Assembly (NCBI GenBank): GCA_964490125.1
Contig: CAZBAJ010000002.1
Coordinates: 23,011-87,010, forward strand
Reading direction: 5' to 3'
DNA: 64,000 bases
Origin: an uncultured Candidatus Saccharibacteria bacterium
Lineage (GTDB): Bacteria > Patescibacteriota > WWE3 > UBA101185 > UBA10185
Shown: piece by piece, positions 9,787-19,304 of the stretch
Layout of the letters: each line of letters starts with the position of its first letter
How positions within the stretch are numbered: position 1 is the stretch's first letter
Notes under the pieces: model-generated
Seen by the model: only the letters and a program-made list of their open reading frames with translations
Databases searched by the model: none
Told to the model about the DNA's origin: nothing
Made by a program: the position numbers and the translations under genes

Positions 9787-10488
9787 TTATTCTTCCAAAA
9801 TTGCCGGTTGGACTACGGCAGTTTGATAGTCGCTTATATTAGTCCGCACCCGCTGACCGTGAATAGACGACGGATTGTAGATTTCAAAAAACAATTCTAC
9901 CAACTCCTGGGTTGTCAACCGCCTACTCCGTACGCCAATGCGGTTAAACTCTTTAACTACATGGTCAATTTTAGCGGGAAGCTCTATTCCAGCGCGCCTT
10001 TCTGCTTGCTCCAAATTTACAGACGACTTGCGTTTGTGCATACCAAAAAGTCGCCAAAGCGGGTCCATGGGGCTTGAGCCTAACTCTTTGGCATTAGTGG
10101 GGGCGGACGGAATAGATACATAAAACTTTTTATCCAAAACATCGTTGGTTTGAATTAAGTCCTGCACAAACTTACGGTACGCTTCACATTGAAATTTAAG
10201 TAACGGGTCTTTTTGCTGTTGTTCCACTTTATAAACTAAGTCAATATATTTAGAAATATCCAGTCTTTTTGACCTAACCATAACTTGGATAGGAAAAGTG
10301 AGCGAATTTAGCAACATAGAAAAAGCCCCAATCATAGCATCCTGCTCAATTTCGGAAAGCAAATCAAAGTTAACCGCTGTGGTTTGAATAACCGCCACCA
10401 CCCCACCCGTCTTTAAAAACACATAGTCGTTTTTTATGTCCTCAATGTCCAGATGTTCTTGAGTTGTACTTTTAATTAGTTCCGGCAT
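9787..10488 (-). CDS. hypothetical protein co-operonic with virB4 (6-nt spacing); weak resemblance to the VirB4 N-terminal CagE_TrbE pattern (DYVFLKTGGVVAVIQTTAVNFDLLSEIEQ)
   Basis: 233 aa, no TM. Call rests on gene context and a loose motif resemblance only. Confidence 0.3.
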   Translation of the reverse strand: MPELIKSTTQEHLDIEDIKNDYVFLKTGGVVAVIQTTAVNFDLLSEIEQDAMIGAFSMLLNSLTFPIQVMVRSKRLDISKYIDLVYKVEQQQKDPLLKFQCEAYRKFVQDLIQTNDVLDKKFYVSIPSAPTNAKELGSSPMDPLWRLFGMHKRKSSVNLEQAERRAGIELPAKIDHVVKEFNRIGVRSRRLTTQELVELFFEIYNPSSIHGQRVRTNISDYQTAVVQPAILEE

Positions 10489-10506
10489 TTGTTTTATTGT
10501 AACACG

Positions 10507-12315
10507 CTACGCCTTGCCCGCTATCTCCAAAGTTGGGATAAGTTCCCCCCTGGCGTCTACCGCGGTAATAGCAAATTTTAGTCCGCTCTTATTTTCTTTA
10601 TCTACTTCTATTGTGTACGACCCGTTAATAAGTGGTGTGGTGATGGCAAATTTACCTTGGGTGCTGGTTTTTACCGCCCTAACCACCTCACCCTTTTGAT
10701 TTCTTATTACAACCACTACTCCAGGTACGCCCACTTTACTGTCCTGATAGCTGGTGGTCACCATACCCCAAACAATATTAGGTACGCTTGGCGCATCATC
10801 AATTTGCGCCGGTTGTAGGGGGATTGGTTGGGGCTGGACCCTGGGCTCGCTTTGTTGTAGTACTTGCGCCTTACGCAACCTTTCTTCCTCCTCGCGTTGT
10901 TTTTTAAGCAAATCTTCCTTTTGTTGTCGTAACGCTTGTTCCTCTTGGCGCAACTTTTCTAGTCGTGCTTGTTCCTTAAATGCGTCCTCTCTTGCCTTGG
11001 CTTCTCTTTCCCGTATGGCACTCTCCTCTGCCCGCTTTTTTTCCAAAGCATCTTTTTCCTGCTGGTCCTGCGCTAACGCACTCTGGGCAAGTTTTTTGGT
11101 TTCCTCCTCCAGCGCGCGTCTCCTGGCTTCCTCTTGCTCTTTTAGCTTTTGTGCGGAAATTATTTGTTTTTGGACAAGTTCTTTGCTTTTAACGGAGTTA
11201 ATGAGCGCGTCCAACTCATCAATCTTTTGCTTTTCTCCCGCCTCAAACTCCTGCTCTTGCGTGCTTTTTAGCGTGCGCTCGCCCCGGATGGGTAAAACAA
11301 TCTCCCCCCTACTTGCCTCTTGGGAAAGATTAATAAACATTCTGCCTGCCCGCATATCCGGCGTAATGGTTGGCGAGTAATATCTGTTTGTCACTTGCGG
11401 TTGCGCAGGTAGTTTATATGCCTGAGTGCTAGCTCTGGCTTTAATTATCTCAACGGGTGGTTCTTGCGTTGGTACAGAATTTTGAGACTCCGGTTGTTTC
11501 TGCATTTGGGGTTCTTGGTTTGGTTGGACGACTTGGGGAGACGGCTCCGCTTGGTGTTTTTGTTCCACGAGCGTGGTTGTGGGCATAGGTGCTTTTAAGT
11601 CCGCTTGGTCGATCGAAGATGTAGTTCCCACAGGTAATTCTAACCGGGTAAGACTTTGTTGGGGTTGAACGCCGGGAGCAGGATTTTCCTGATCGTAGTC
11701 CTCTATAACCGTGGTGGTAACAATAGGCATGCCCAGTCCACCACCACTGCCACCGGCATTAACATCCGTGCCAAAACCCAGTCCACCGCCTTGCCCAGAA
11801 GTTGGCCAGTAGCTTGCGTTACTGTACGCCTCTTTAACCTTTAAAATAAAACCTTTTTCGTCAATGTCTAATTTGTCCACCGGCGCCTCTTGTTGTTCCA
11901 AATACGCCTCAATTTTTCTGCGACTGCTGGTGGGCGTTAAGGTTATAAGTTCACTTTTTAAGACATCTAGGTTTTGGTACAAAAACACGCTAGGGATATT
12001 TTCTTCTTTGCGGTAGACAAATTGGTTGGGTAAAAACATGGCGCGTAAAAAATTAACGATCCAAGTGTCCAGCCCCCTGTCGCCCAAAGGTAAAAACGCA
12101 AAGGCTAAACCCGTCCCCACAAAGAAAATTACAAACAGCCACTTAAAAATGACGGCTTGAATAGTCATAAAGCTTAAATACGCCAGCCCGCAAAAAATCA
12201 TTAAAAAGAAAAACTGCTTAAGCGTGAGATCGCCAATAATTTTAAATTCCACCGACATAATTGATTGCGGAATAGCGTGTTGCTTGTTGGTAGTTTGTTG
12301 TTCTCTAATGGGCAT
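10507..12315 (-). CDS. T4SS-associated membrane protein: N-terminal PrgI/VirB3-like two-TM module (…LPLGDRGLDTWIVNFLRAMF), Pro/Gln-rich linker, long coiled coil, C-terminal small beta-sandwich domain
   Basis: Two N-terminal TM helices followed by the G-L-D-x-W motif seen in VirB3/PrgI-like proteins. E/R/K-rich heptad region. C-terminal GVVVVIRNQKGEVV...GSYTIEV. Confidence 0.45.
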   Translation of the reverse strand: MPIREQQTTNKQHAIPQSIMSVEFKIIGDLTLKQFFFLMIFCGLAYLSFMTIQAVIFKWLFVIFFVGTGLAFAFLPLGDRGLDTWIVNFLRAMFLPNQFVYRKEENIPSVFLYQNLDVLKSELITLTPTSSRRKIEAYLEQQEAPVDKLDIDEKGFILKVKEAYSNASYWPTSGQGGGLGFGTDVNAGGSGGGLGMPIVTTTVIEDYDQENPAPGVQPQQSLTRLELPVGTTSSIDQADLKAPMPTTTLVEQKHQAEPSPQVVQPNQEPQMQKQPESQNSVPTQEPPVEIIKARASTQAYKLPAQPQVTNRYYSPTITPDMRAGRMFINLSQEASRGEIVLPIRGERTLKSTQEQEFEAGEKQKIDELDALINSVKSKELVQKQIISAQKLKEQEEARRRALEEETKKLAQSALAQDQQEKDALEKKRAEESAIREREAKAREDAFKEQARLEKLRQEEQALRQQKEDLLKKQREEEERLRKAQVLQQSEPRVQPQPIPLQPAQIDDAPSVPNIVWGMVTTSYQDSKVGVPGVVVVIRNQKGEVVRAVKTSTQGKFAITTPLINGSYTIEVDKENKSGLKFAITAVDARGELIPTLEIAGKA

Positions 12316-12417
12316 AGTTTTGACGACTATTTTGGGCGCTCAAGCGTCCTGCGCTACAATTTATAATATCACAAAGTACGACGGGTTTGGGGATGGGGGT
12401 TGACGGGTATTTACGAC

Positions 12418-13797
12418 TTATCTTCTACCGCCGGGTTTTTTAGGATCGCCGTTGATGAAAGTTTCGACCTTGCCCGGCAGTTTTAGTGCTTGGATATAAC
12501 CAAATATTAAAAATACGGGCGTGAATACTACAGTCAGAATGGTTGCAGATAGTCCTGGGGCGAAGGATGTGGAAACAGACCCCGCCATTTTAAGAATTAT
12601 CGCGTCCACAACAGCTGCCATTGCAAACAAAGCCACATAGCCCGCCACATAGGAGACCGCCTTCTTGAACCACGATTGCATAGAACTTTCGTTACCAGGT
12701 ATAGCGCCAATTGCAAACTGGATGGGTGCAAAAACTATAGAAAACACTAGCTTCAGCATCATCAGCCACGCTTTTATTATAATGAAGATTTTAAGCACGA
12801 GAATCACTAACGCCAGTACTGCAACAATAACTAAGCCGGGTATCCCCAAGGCAAGACCGCTAGACAGAAGGTCGACAAACAGTATGCCTATGAGAATTCC
12901 CGTAGCCGCACCTTTGGATAAACTCAATGAACTGTAGATTACACCCTCTATTATTTGGGAAAGGTAGTGCATGCTAGAAGCAAGAACTGCACCTATGGGA
13001 TAGCTAAAAACGATTAATATTACAGCTAAAGCAATTCTAGGTATGGCGTATTGGGCAGTAACTACTGCTTGTGGAGAAAGCTTTTTTCTTGTCATTATCA
13101 TAACACCCACAGTTAACATCACGATGGACAAGATACCAAAAGAGATGTTTCTAAAGATCTTCCATATTCCCAGTAACGGTTCCATAATAGCGGGTAAGGA
13201 TCCGTATGTAACATCGGCAGCTAAAGCACTTCCAGCGAGAGGAATGTTTTTTATGCTGTCGTTCCAAAAAAGTGCAAGGTTGACAGGTACAGGTTCGGTT
13301 TTAATTCCGCCCTCCAATGTGTTTGCGATACCCAGCAAAGAGCCTGCTGTTCTAGTTTTGGTGTATGATAGCATCCCGCCTTGGGTGTTTAGCGCGTAAT
13401 CGTATGTTTCTGTGAAGTCAGAGCAATCTGCGCTCGTGTTTAAAGAAGGACACGCCCCCCCAGCTCCTACCATCGCATCGGCCCTAGCCTCTAGTCCAGG
13501 GTTACCCGAGTTTTTGAAGGCGCTGTAGGAACATTCCACCATCTCACTGGGGTTTCTAGCCGCTATTAATTGTATAGGTCCATCTGTAAGCGCGGTGACA
13601 ATCATGTTTTGGACAGTTTTTCTTATATCCAGTGCTTTAAAGGCGTTACCGATTTTTTGGAATATCGTTTGATCGGGTTTGCATAGGGGGTTATCTGCGG
13701 CAAAAGCCCGACCACCACCAAATGTCAAAAGTGAAAAAGAAACCGCAACTGCAAAAAGAAGTTTTCTAGTCGTCATACCTAAAATAAAGTATTTCAC
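12418..13797 (-). CDS. VirB6/TrbL-like polytopic membrane protein (signal peptide, ~190-aa extracytoplasmic domain, about 6 TM helices)
   Basis: Topology matches the VirB6 family. First gene of the minus-strand operon ending in virB4. Confidence 0.4.
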   Translation of the reverse strand: MKYFILGMTTRKLLFAVAVSFSLLTFGGGRAFAADNPLCKPDQTIFQKIGNAFKALDIRKTVQNMIVTALTDGPIQLIAARNPSEMVECSYSAFKNSGNPGLEARADAMVGAGGACPSLNTSADCSDFTETYDYALNTQGGMLSYTKTRTAGSLLGIANTLEGGIKTEPVPVNLALFWNDSIKNIPLAGSALAADVTYGSLPAIMEPLLGIWKIFRNISFGILSIVMLTVGVMIMTRKKLSPQAVVTAQYAIPRIALAVILIVFSYPIGAVLASSMHYLSQIIEGVIYSSLSLSKGAATGILIGILFVDLLSSGLALGIPGLVIVAVLALVILVLKIFIIIKAWLMMLKLVFSIVFAPIQFAIGAIPGNESSMQSWFKKAVSYVAGYVALFAMAAVVDAIILKMAGSVSTSFAPGLSATILTVVFTPVFLIFGYIQALKLPGKVETFINGDPKKPGGRR

Positions 13798-13840
13798 AGC
13801 GTTTATACAAAATCAAGTGCTTTTAGTATAAAATGAATTT

Positions 13841-16800
13841 ATGCCAAGTAGCAATCCGTTATGGTTTGGATATTATCCGGGTGATCGACCCATACCTAAA
13901 CGACCCGATCAGCGCTTTCCCACCCCACAAGTAGATATGAGCGATATGGGTTTGAACGCAGCGTTGGATGAGGCGATTAACGCAGTAGAAGCACCTGCTA
14001 ATTTACCAAAACAACTTTGGGATTGGCATTCAGCGGATTGGAAGCAGAAGTTTTTAGTAACAGGCGTCGCGTATAAGCAAAGTGGTGGGGAAATTCTTGA
14101 GTACGATCCTCAGGAAGGTGCAGATGTAAAAGGAGTAAATCCAGCCCTTAACCTCTACGGTTTGGTTACAGATCCCAAAAAAGAATTAGGCAAAATGTGG
14201 GGTACTATGATCAACCCACTTAACCCTTTTGCTGGTATGGGGACACTCGAGGGGGAGTTTTGGACGGATTTAGATACCACTGTGGAGAAGGATATGTGGT
14301 CCAGACTTTTGGGCTACAGGGGCTCGGCTGTAGGCGGTAGTGATCCTCTTGGTTACGCTTGGGCAGAATCGGCTTTTGCTGGACCGGGTGGTGCCAAGCT
14401 TAACTTAAAAGGCCAGGGAATCTATAAGGACGAAGTAATTTATGTTACCGATACCTCAGCAAGGGGTTTGGTCTCAGATAAATTAGCTGTTACAGGGAAA
14501 ACCGATGCTTACGACGAACTTGCAGGTAACATAATGGGTTTCGTTGCAGGCAAAAAATCTGTTATCAGAAGAAACCCATCCTTTACTTCAATGCAGACAT
14601 CGTTTATAGAAGCTGCTGCAACAGAATTAGGTCAAAAAAGAACCGCAATTAGAACTACGGCATTTGCTCACGGAGGTGCTGGTCTGGCGGACGGTATAGA
14701 TATACGAATTGCCGACTTCCTTTACGAAGCCGACATTATAACTAATCTCGAGGGTTTTAGTTCCGGGATGGCGAATTTTGGGAAATTAGTATCTAAGAAC
14801 GGTATAACCGGACCGGCAGGGAGTGCCCTGTACAGTGGAACCACCGATCTTGACGCCTCTGTTAGATCGATGAGGGACGCTATTGATGTGGCTAGAAATG
14901 GAAGAGGTCCGGTGCGCGGATTGTCGGTTCCTCAACGCGCTTTATTTGACAGAGATATTAAAGGTATAGAGGGGGTTTTGGATAGAGTAGAGGCTTTTAG
15001 CACTAAAATCAAAAACAACGGCTCTACATGGGTTCCTGGGATGAATGAGACTCAAGCCGTGTTAAGCGAACTAAACACGATAACCGGATCTTTAAATAAC
15101 CTGAGGTACGGTGCTGGTTCTCAGGGTAGCTACTTAATGTCTGTAACAAGAAGATATTTTAGAGGTGATGCGTCGCTTCTTAAAACAGGATCTTCTTCTT
15201 TGCTTGGTTCTGGTGGGGCACCGGGTCTTTTAACCGATGGGTATAAATCTTTAGACGCCCTTTACCCCTATCTAGAGCGGATGTACATGTATGAGGATGG
15301 AAGGGATATTCTGCAAACTATCGCCAAGGGAAACTTTCCAAAGGTCTACGCCTGGTGGGGTCAGATCAATGTAAGGGTTCAGCACTATACGCCAGCATAC
15401 TGGACGGGGAGAATCATGAATAGCACCCACATGCTTGGTTTAGACTACGATTCTGATTGGGATGGGCACGAGGTTCTTTCGATCTTTAAGCCGGGTAAAA
15501 ATCCGTTATTGAGACAAAATAAGTTTGATTTAAGTTATGCGACTATGGGAGGGTCTGTTTCCAAACTTCAAGTTAATGGGGGACTGTATCTAGGTACTGC
15601 TAATAACGCATGGAATGCCCTTACTGACGGAAAATTAGTAGGAATTGTAGGTGGCGGTTCTACAGCTTACGCAGGCACTGCAGTGCAAAAACAGGCATTT
15701 TTTGACTTTATTAACGGCAAAGGTAACGATTTCTTAACATCCAACGCCGGTATGTCGTATGTGGCAGTTTTTGGCAAAAACCCGACAAAAGGGCAAGCTC
15801 AAGCGCTGGAGTTTAAAGACTTTTTGGTCAGAAATTCCAGCCAACTAGGTTTGACCCTAACCGGCTCGGAAATCGCCAACACCCCCCAAAACGAAGTGGC
15901 TCTGAAAGATTTTTTTAAAGCCCTTAATCAGCACAAGGCCAACCCAGGCACTCTTGATTACACGGCTAAATATTTCGGTGGTTTGCAGTGGCTTTCTGCA
16001 AAGCTTACAGGCGTCCAGCAAATCATGTTTAACAAGGTAGGAAAGTTCTTTGCTCCTGTTGTTTATGCCAAGAACGCGATAATCAAAAAAGTAGCTGACT
16101 TTGGGGCAAAAGTAGCCGCCAAATTACTAGCCAAAGCTGGTATAACGGCTGCCCTAGGAGCGGCTACTGGAGGTATTGCTACAGTCTTGGCTCCGCTAAT
16201 AGAAAAAGTCCTTCAGGCTACTTTGTCAAAAATAGCAGACAAGAGCAAGGAGTTAATAAGAGCGGTTATCAAGGGAAATTTTACCCAAGCGCTAGACAAT
16301 ATGATGAACGATGCCATGAAGGCTACCGAAAAAGTAATTACCTGCGGTTGTTTTGTCCCATTATTTTTAGCCTTTGCCGGGTTTATGATGATGGCAAATA
16401 TAATAGTATCCATCTCGCCTGTGGATAGGGCTAAAAGCACCGCAAGTTCTGCATCCGCCGGTGGAACCCCCTTTACTACACCGCCTCCTGTTGCATCCGG
16501 CGTTAATTGTCCGCTTCAAGGTGCCAGTCTTACACTAGGTTCTTATACGGTAGGTGGCGGTTATGCCAACGCAGCAGGTCATGGTTCTAGATACTACTGG
16601 GAAAGAATATTTGGAGGTGGTACTACTTCTCTTTTTTCCATTCCTTATTTAGGTTCTCCTCGCGGATTTACCTGTCCAGGAGGATACTGTTCCCCTAATG
16701 ATTCCGCGCCGTATGAGGTTGAAAACCCCATGAACATGCCTGGCGCACCCTCTAAAGCTTTAAACTCCACGCCATACTATGGCTATGCGGGTGACTTTGC

Positions 16801-17119
16801 TAGCGGAAATCATAATGTAAACGCACCGGGGCGTATTTCCTGCGGGGGTGTTGACACGGCCGTTACTTCTTGGCAAGTTACCGGTACAGTTTCCACCAGC
16901 TATGGTTGTGGAGTAGTAATGAGTAGCACGCCCGCTAGATACAGAATATTTCTTTTACATTTAAATACCTGCGGTGGAGGTGGGTGTTCTTGTTATTCCG
17001 GAACAACCTATAATGCTGGCGATGGTATAACCACCTTATGGTCTACAAACCCGCATGTACACATAGAGCTCACGGATGCCGGTACCCCACAAAGACCAGA
17101 AAGTTGTGTATGCAGATAA
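13841..17119 (+). CDS. 1092-aa protein: large N-terminal region without signal peptide, TM segment near aa 830, Cys/Gly-rich C-terminal domain with M23/LytM-like HxH motif (TNPHVHIEL)
   Basis: Single long ORF divergent from the VirB6-like gene. C-terminal YRIFLLHL...GDGITTLWSTNPHVHIE resembles the M23 peptidase signature, but the first His motif is not evident. Confidence 0.35.
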   Translation: MPSSNPLWFGYYPGDRPIPKRPDQRFPTPQVDMSDMGLNAALDEAINAVEAPANLPKQLWDWHSADWKQKFLVTGVAYKQSGGEILEYDPQEGADVKGVNPALNLYGLVTDPKKELGKMWGTMINPLNPFAGMGTLEGEFWTDLDTTVEKDMWSRLLGYRGSAVGGSDPLGYAWAESAFAGPGGAKLNLKGQGIYKDEVIYVTDTSARGLVSDKLAVTGKTDAYDELAGNIMGFVAGKKSVIRRNPSFTSMQTSFIEAAATELGQKRTAIRTTAFAHGGAGLADGIDIRIADFLYEADIITNLEGFSSGMANFGKLVSKNGITGPAGSALYSGTTDLDASVRSMRDAIDVARNGRGPVRGLSVPQRALFDRDIKGIEGVLDRVEAFSTKIKNNGSTWVPGMNETQAVLSELNTITGSLNNLRYGAGSQGSYLMSVTRRYFRGDASLLKTGSSSLLGSGGAPGLLTDGYKSLDALYPYLERMYMYEDGRDILQTIAKGNFPKVYAWWGQINVRVQHYTPAYWTGRIMNSTHMLGLDYDSDWDGHEVLSIFKPGKNPLLRQNKFDLSYATMGGSVSKLQVNGGLYLGTANNAWNALTDGKLVGIVGGGSTAYAGTAVQKQAFFDFINGKGNDFLTSNAGMSYVAVFGKNPTKGQAQALEFKDFLVRNSSQLGLTLTGSEIANTPQNEVALKDFFKALNQHKANPGTLDYTAKYFGGLQWLSAKLTGVQQIMFNKVGKFFAPVVYAKNAIIKKVADFGAKVAAKLLAKAGITAALGAATGGIATVLAPLIEKVLQATLSKIADKSKELIRAVIKGNFTQALDNMMNDAMKATEKVITCGCFVPLFLAFAGFMMMANIIVSISPVDRAKSTASSASAGGTPFTTPPPVASGVNCPLQGASLTLGSYTVGGGYANAAGHGSRYYWERIFGGGTTSLFSIPYLGSPRGFTCPGGYCSPNDSAPYEVENPMNMPGAPSKALNSTPYYGYAGDFASGNHNVNAPGRISCGGVDTAVTSWQVTGTVSTSYGCGVVMSSTPARYRIFLLHLNTCGGGGCSCYSGTTYNAGDGITTLWSTNPHVHIELTDAGTPQRPESCVCR

Positions 17120-17140
17120 TTTTTGTGGTAGGTTAGATAT

Positions 17141-17638
17141 ATGAAAAAATTGACTAGAAAAAAGCTAATGTTATTTACCGGGTTGGGCTTGTTACTAGTC
17201 TTTGTTATTATAGCCATTCTAACATTAAGAAATAAGAAACCCGGTGTTGTTATTCCTCCCATCGGTTCTAGCGTCGTGCCTCCAGTTGTCACTACCGCGC
17301 CTGCGTTAACCCTAATAAGTGTAGATCCGCCTTCAGGTAAGCGGGAATCTATCGATGGTTTTACACCAACAGCATTTAAGTTTTCGGCGCCCGTGGATCA
17401 ATCGTCTGTAAAAGCTTCCACAAGTCCAACGAACCTTTTGCGTATCACAGTTTTTCCAGAAAAGCCCGATACAGTATTTGTAGAGCCACAAAAAACAGCA
17501 TGGCAAACCGGCGTCGAGTATGTTATTACCATCAAGGCTGGGTTAAGAGGTACTAGTGGTGAGGAGTTAAAAGAAGATATTGTATACAGTTTCTCCAATA
17601 CTCCTCCGGAATTTATTGAACTTACAAACCCTATTTAA
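17141..17638 (+). CDS. membrane-anchored Ig-like (Big-like) domain protein
   Basis: Signal-anchor MKKLTRKKLMLFTGLGLLLVFVIIAIL, Pro/Val-rich linker, ~100-aa beta-rich domain. Confidence 0.35.
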   Translation: MKKLTRKKLMLFTGLGLLLVFVIIAILTLRNKKPGVVIPPIGSSVVPPVVTTAPALTLISVDPPSGKRESIDGFTPTAFKFSAPVDQSSVKASTSPTNLLRITVFPEKPDTVFVEPQKTAWQTGVEYVITIKAGLRGTSGEELKEDIVYSFSNTPPEFIELTNPI

Positions 17639-17639
17639 T

Positions 17640-18122
17640 TTAAGGGGCGGAGACGCCAAATTTCTCCAGCAGTCGTGCAAGATTTTTGCTTAAAGTGTCA
17701 AACGGATTTAGAATTCCCGCGTCAAGCCCTAAAATATTTTTAAGAATTGTGAGGATAGTCCAAACTCCAATAACCACCAAAAATCCAACAAGCGCCATGG
17801 TTAAAGTTTGTTGGGACGCCTGCAAAGCCTTGGGGTCGCCCTGTGAAAGAGCGTATTTAATAGCGGCAACAAATACAAACATTACAAAAAAGGCGGCTGC
17901 GGAGTAGACAAAAACATTCATCAATCTGGCAATTGGACAAAGTATTGCCATGGGCGATGGCGCCTTTTCCCAGTTTGTACTTTCTAACTCTGCGCAGGTG
18001 CTTTGGTAGACATTGTTCACCCCGGCATGGGCTGGATTAGTTAGTCCAACAAACACCGTCATACAAACTACAAATAATGTTAGTGTTTTAAAAGTTTGGT
18101 GTAGCATTCCACAAGTCTCCAT
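17640..18122 (-). CDS. T4SS pilin-like two-helix hairpin protein (paralog A; track start 18134 is a TTG, ATG at 18122 or 18107)
   Basis: Signal peptide, then TM1-IKYALSQGDPKALQASQQTLTMALVGFLVVIG-TM2. Motif shared with paralogs B-E. Confidence 0.5.
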   Translation of the reverse strand: METCGMLHQTFKTLTLFVVCMTVFVGLTNPAHAGVNNVYQSTCAELESTNWEKAPSPMAILCPIARLMNVFVYSAAAFFVMFVFVAAIKYALSQGDPKALQASQQTLTMALVGFLVVIGVWTILTILKNILGLDAGILNPFDTLSKNLARLLEKFGVSAP

Positions 18123-18435
18123 AATCCCCGCCAATTACATTAAAGACAATAGTTTTTACAGTAAAGGCGCCTATAGCCAAAACAAAAGCTACTACAGCAA
18201 AAGTTAGTGCTTGTTGGGCGGACGCTTTGGCTTTGGGGTCGCCTTTGGCGGTTACAAATTTTATGCCCGACATAATAATGGCGATAATAGAGATGGCTAA
18301 AGTTACACCTAGTAGAATATTTAGTCCCACTCCTAAAAAGTCGCTTACATTATTATAACCCGCGGTTCTGTCGGGGGCGTTAGGCGCCCAAGGTTTTAGG
18401 AATTGAAATACATCATTATCTGCTGCGTAAACCAT
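18088..18435 (-). CDS. T4SS pilin-like two-helix hairpin protein (paralog B)
   Basis: TM1-SGIKFVTAKGDPKAKASAQQALTFAVVAFVLAIG-TM2. Architecture like VirB2/TrbC. Confidence 0.5.
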   Translation of the reverse strand: MVYAADNDVFQFLKPWAPNAPDRTAGYNNVSDFLGVGLNILLGVTLAISIIAIIMSGIKFVTAKGDPKAKASAQQALTFAVVAFVLAIGAFTVKTIVFNVIGGDYGDLWNATPNF

Positions 18436-18493
18436 AACAAAGCTAGAATGACATAAAAGGGCGTATTTTGCAATAATTTTTAAGGACGACTAA

Positions 18494-18517
18494 AAACCCC
18501 GCCTGTTGGCGGGGTTT
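18494..18517 (-). terminator. rho-independent terminator (aaaccccgcc-tgtt-ggcggggttt followed by a T-run on the minus strand)
   Basis: Perfect 10-bp GC-rich stem plus TTTTT, read between pilin paralogs C and B. Confidence 0.6.
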
Positions 18518-18540
18518 AAAAGTCAAATTAGACTAATGGC

Positions 18541-18894
18541 TTAGTAATCTCCGTATCTGACAACATTTCCTACATCAAGATTACCGGTTTTTCCGATAAC
18601 ATTAAGTAAAATTGTTCTAATAGTGAAGGCGCCAATAACTACAATAAAACCAATTACTGCATTGGTAAGGGATTCCCTAGCAGCACCAGCGGCTTTCTGA
18701 TCTCCTCTAGCTGTAATGTACTGAATACCACCAAGAATCAAAAAGATAATTGTGACAGCAATACCTACACCCAATACCACATTAACTAAGAAACCGAACA
18801 CATCGGCAAGGTCGTTAAATGGAAGGTTAATTCTTTGTGCGGTCCTTGCTGTTTCCGCAAAAACATAGCCTGTTAAAACATCCAAATTTGTCAT
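18541..18894 (-). CDS. T4SS pilin-like two-helix hairpin protein (paralog C)
   Basis: …GGIQYITARGDQKAAGAARESLTNAVIGFIVVIGAFTIR… 157 nt identical to paralog D. Strong SD ggaggggaggtg upstream. Confidence 0.5.
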   Translation of the reverse strand: MTNLDVLTGYVFAETARTAQRINLPFNDLADVFGFLVNVVLGVGIAVTIIFLILGGIQYITARGDQKAAGAARESLTNAVIGFIVVIGAFTIRTILLNVIGKTGNLDVGNVVRYGDY

Positions 18895-18921
18895 TAATGG
18901 TTACACCTCCCCTCCAAACCG

Positions 18922-19272
18922 TTAGAAGTTTACAATCTCATTCACTTTTAATTCAGCCTCGTTGGTTCCACCTATAACATTAATAAGAATAAGCCTAATA
19001 GTGAAGGCGCCAATAACTACAATAAAACCAATTACTGCATTGGTAAGGGATTCCCTAGCAGCACCAGCGGCTTTCTGATCTCCTCTAGCTGTAATGTACT
19101 GAATACCACCAAGAATCAAAAAGATAATTGTGACAGCAATACCTACACCCAGCACAACATTAATAAGGAACCCAAAGACATCTGCTAAATTATTGAACGG
19201 TAAATTTATTCTTTGGACAGTAGTGTTGGTAGCTGCCTGTACAAACCCCGTTATAAGATCTTGTAGATACAT
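18922..19272 (-). CDS. T4SS pilin-like two-helix hairpin protein (paralog D)
   Basis: Near-identical core to C, differing at the N- and C-termini. Confidence 0.5.
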   Translation of the reverse strand: MYLQDLITGFVQAATNTTVQRINLPFNNLADVFGFLINVVLGVGIAVTIIFLILGGIQYITARGDQKAAGAARESLTNAVIGFIVVIGAFTIRLILINVIGGTNEAELKVNEIVNF

Positions 19273-19304
19273 AATTTTCCTTTCTTAAAATTTGTCTAAA
19301 TTTA

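Noticed and set aside
10754-11380. 208-aa Ser/Cys/Leu-rich plus-strand ORF
   Set aside because: Antisense to the E/R/K-rich coiled-coil region of the 602-aa gene. Low complexity mirrors the opposite strand.
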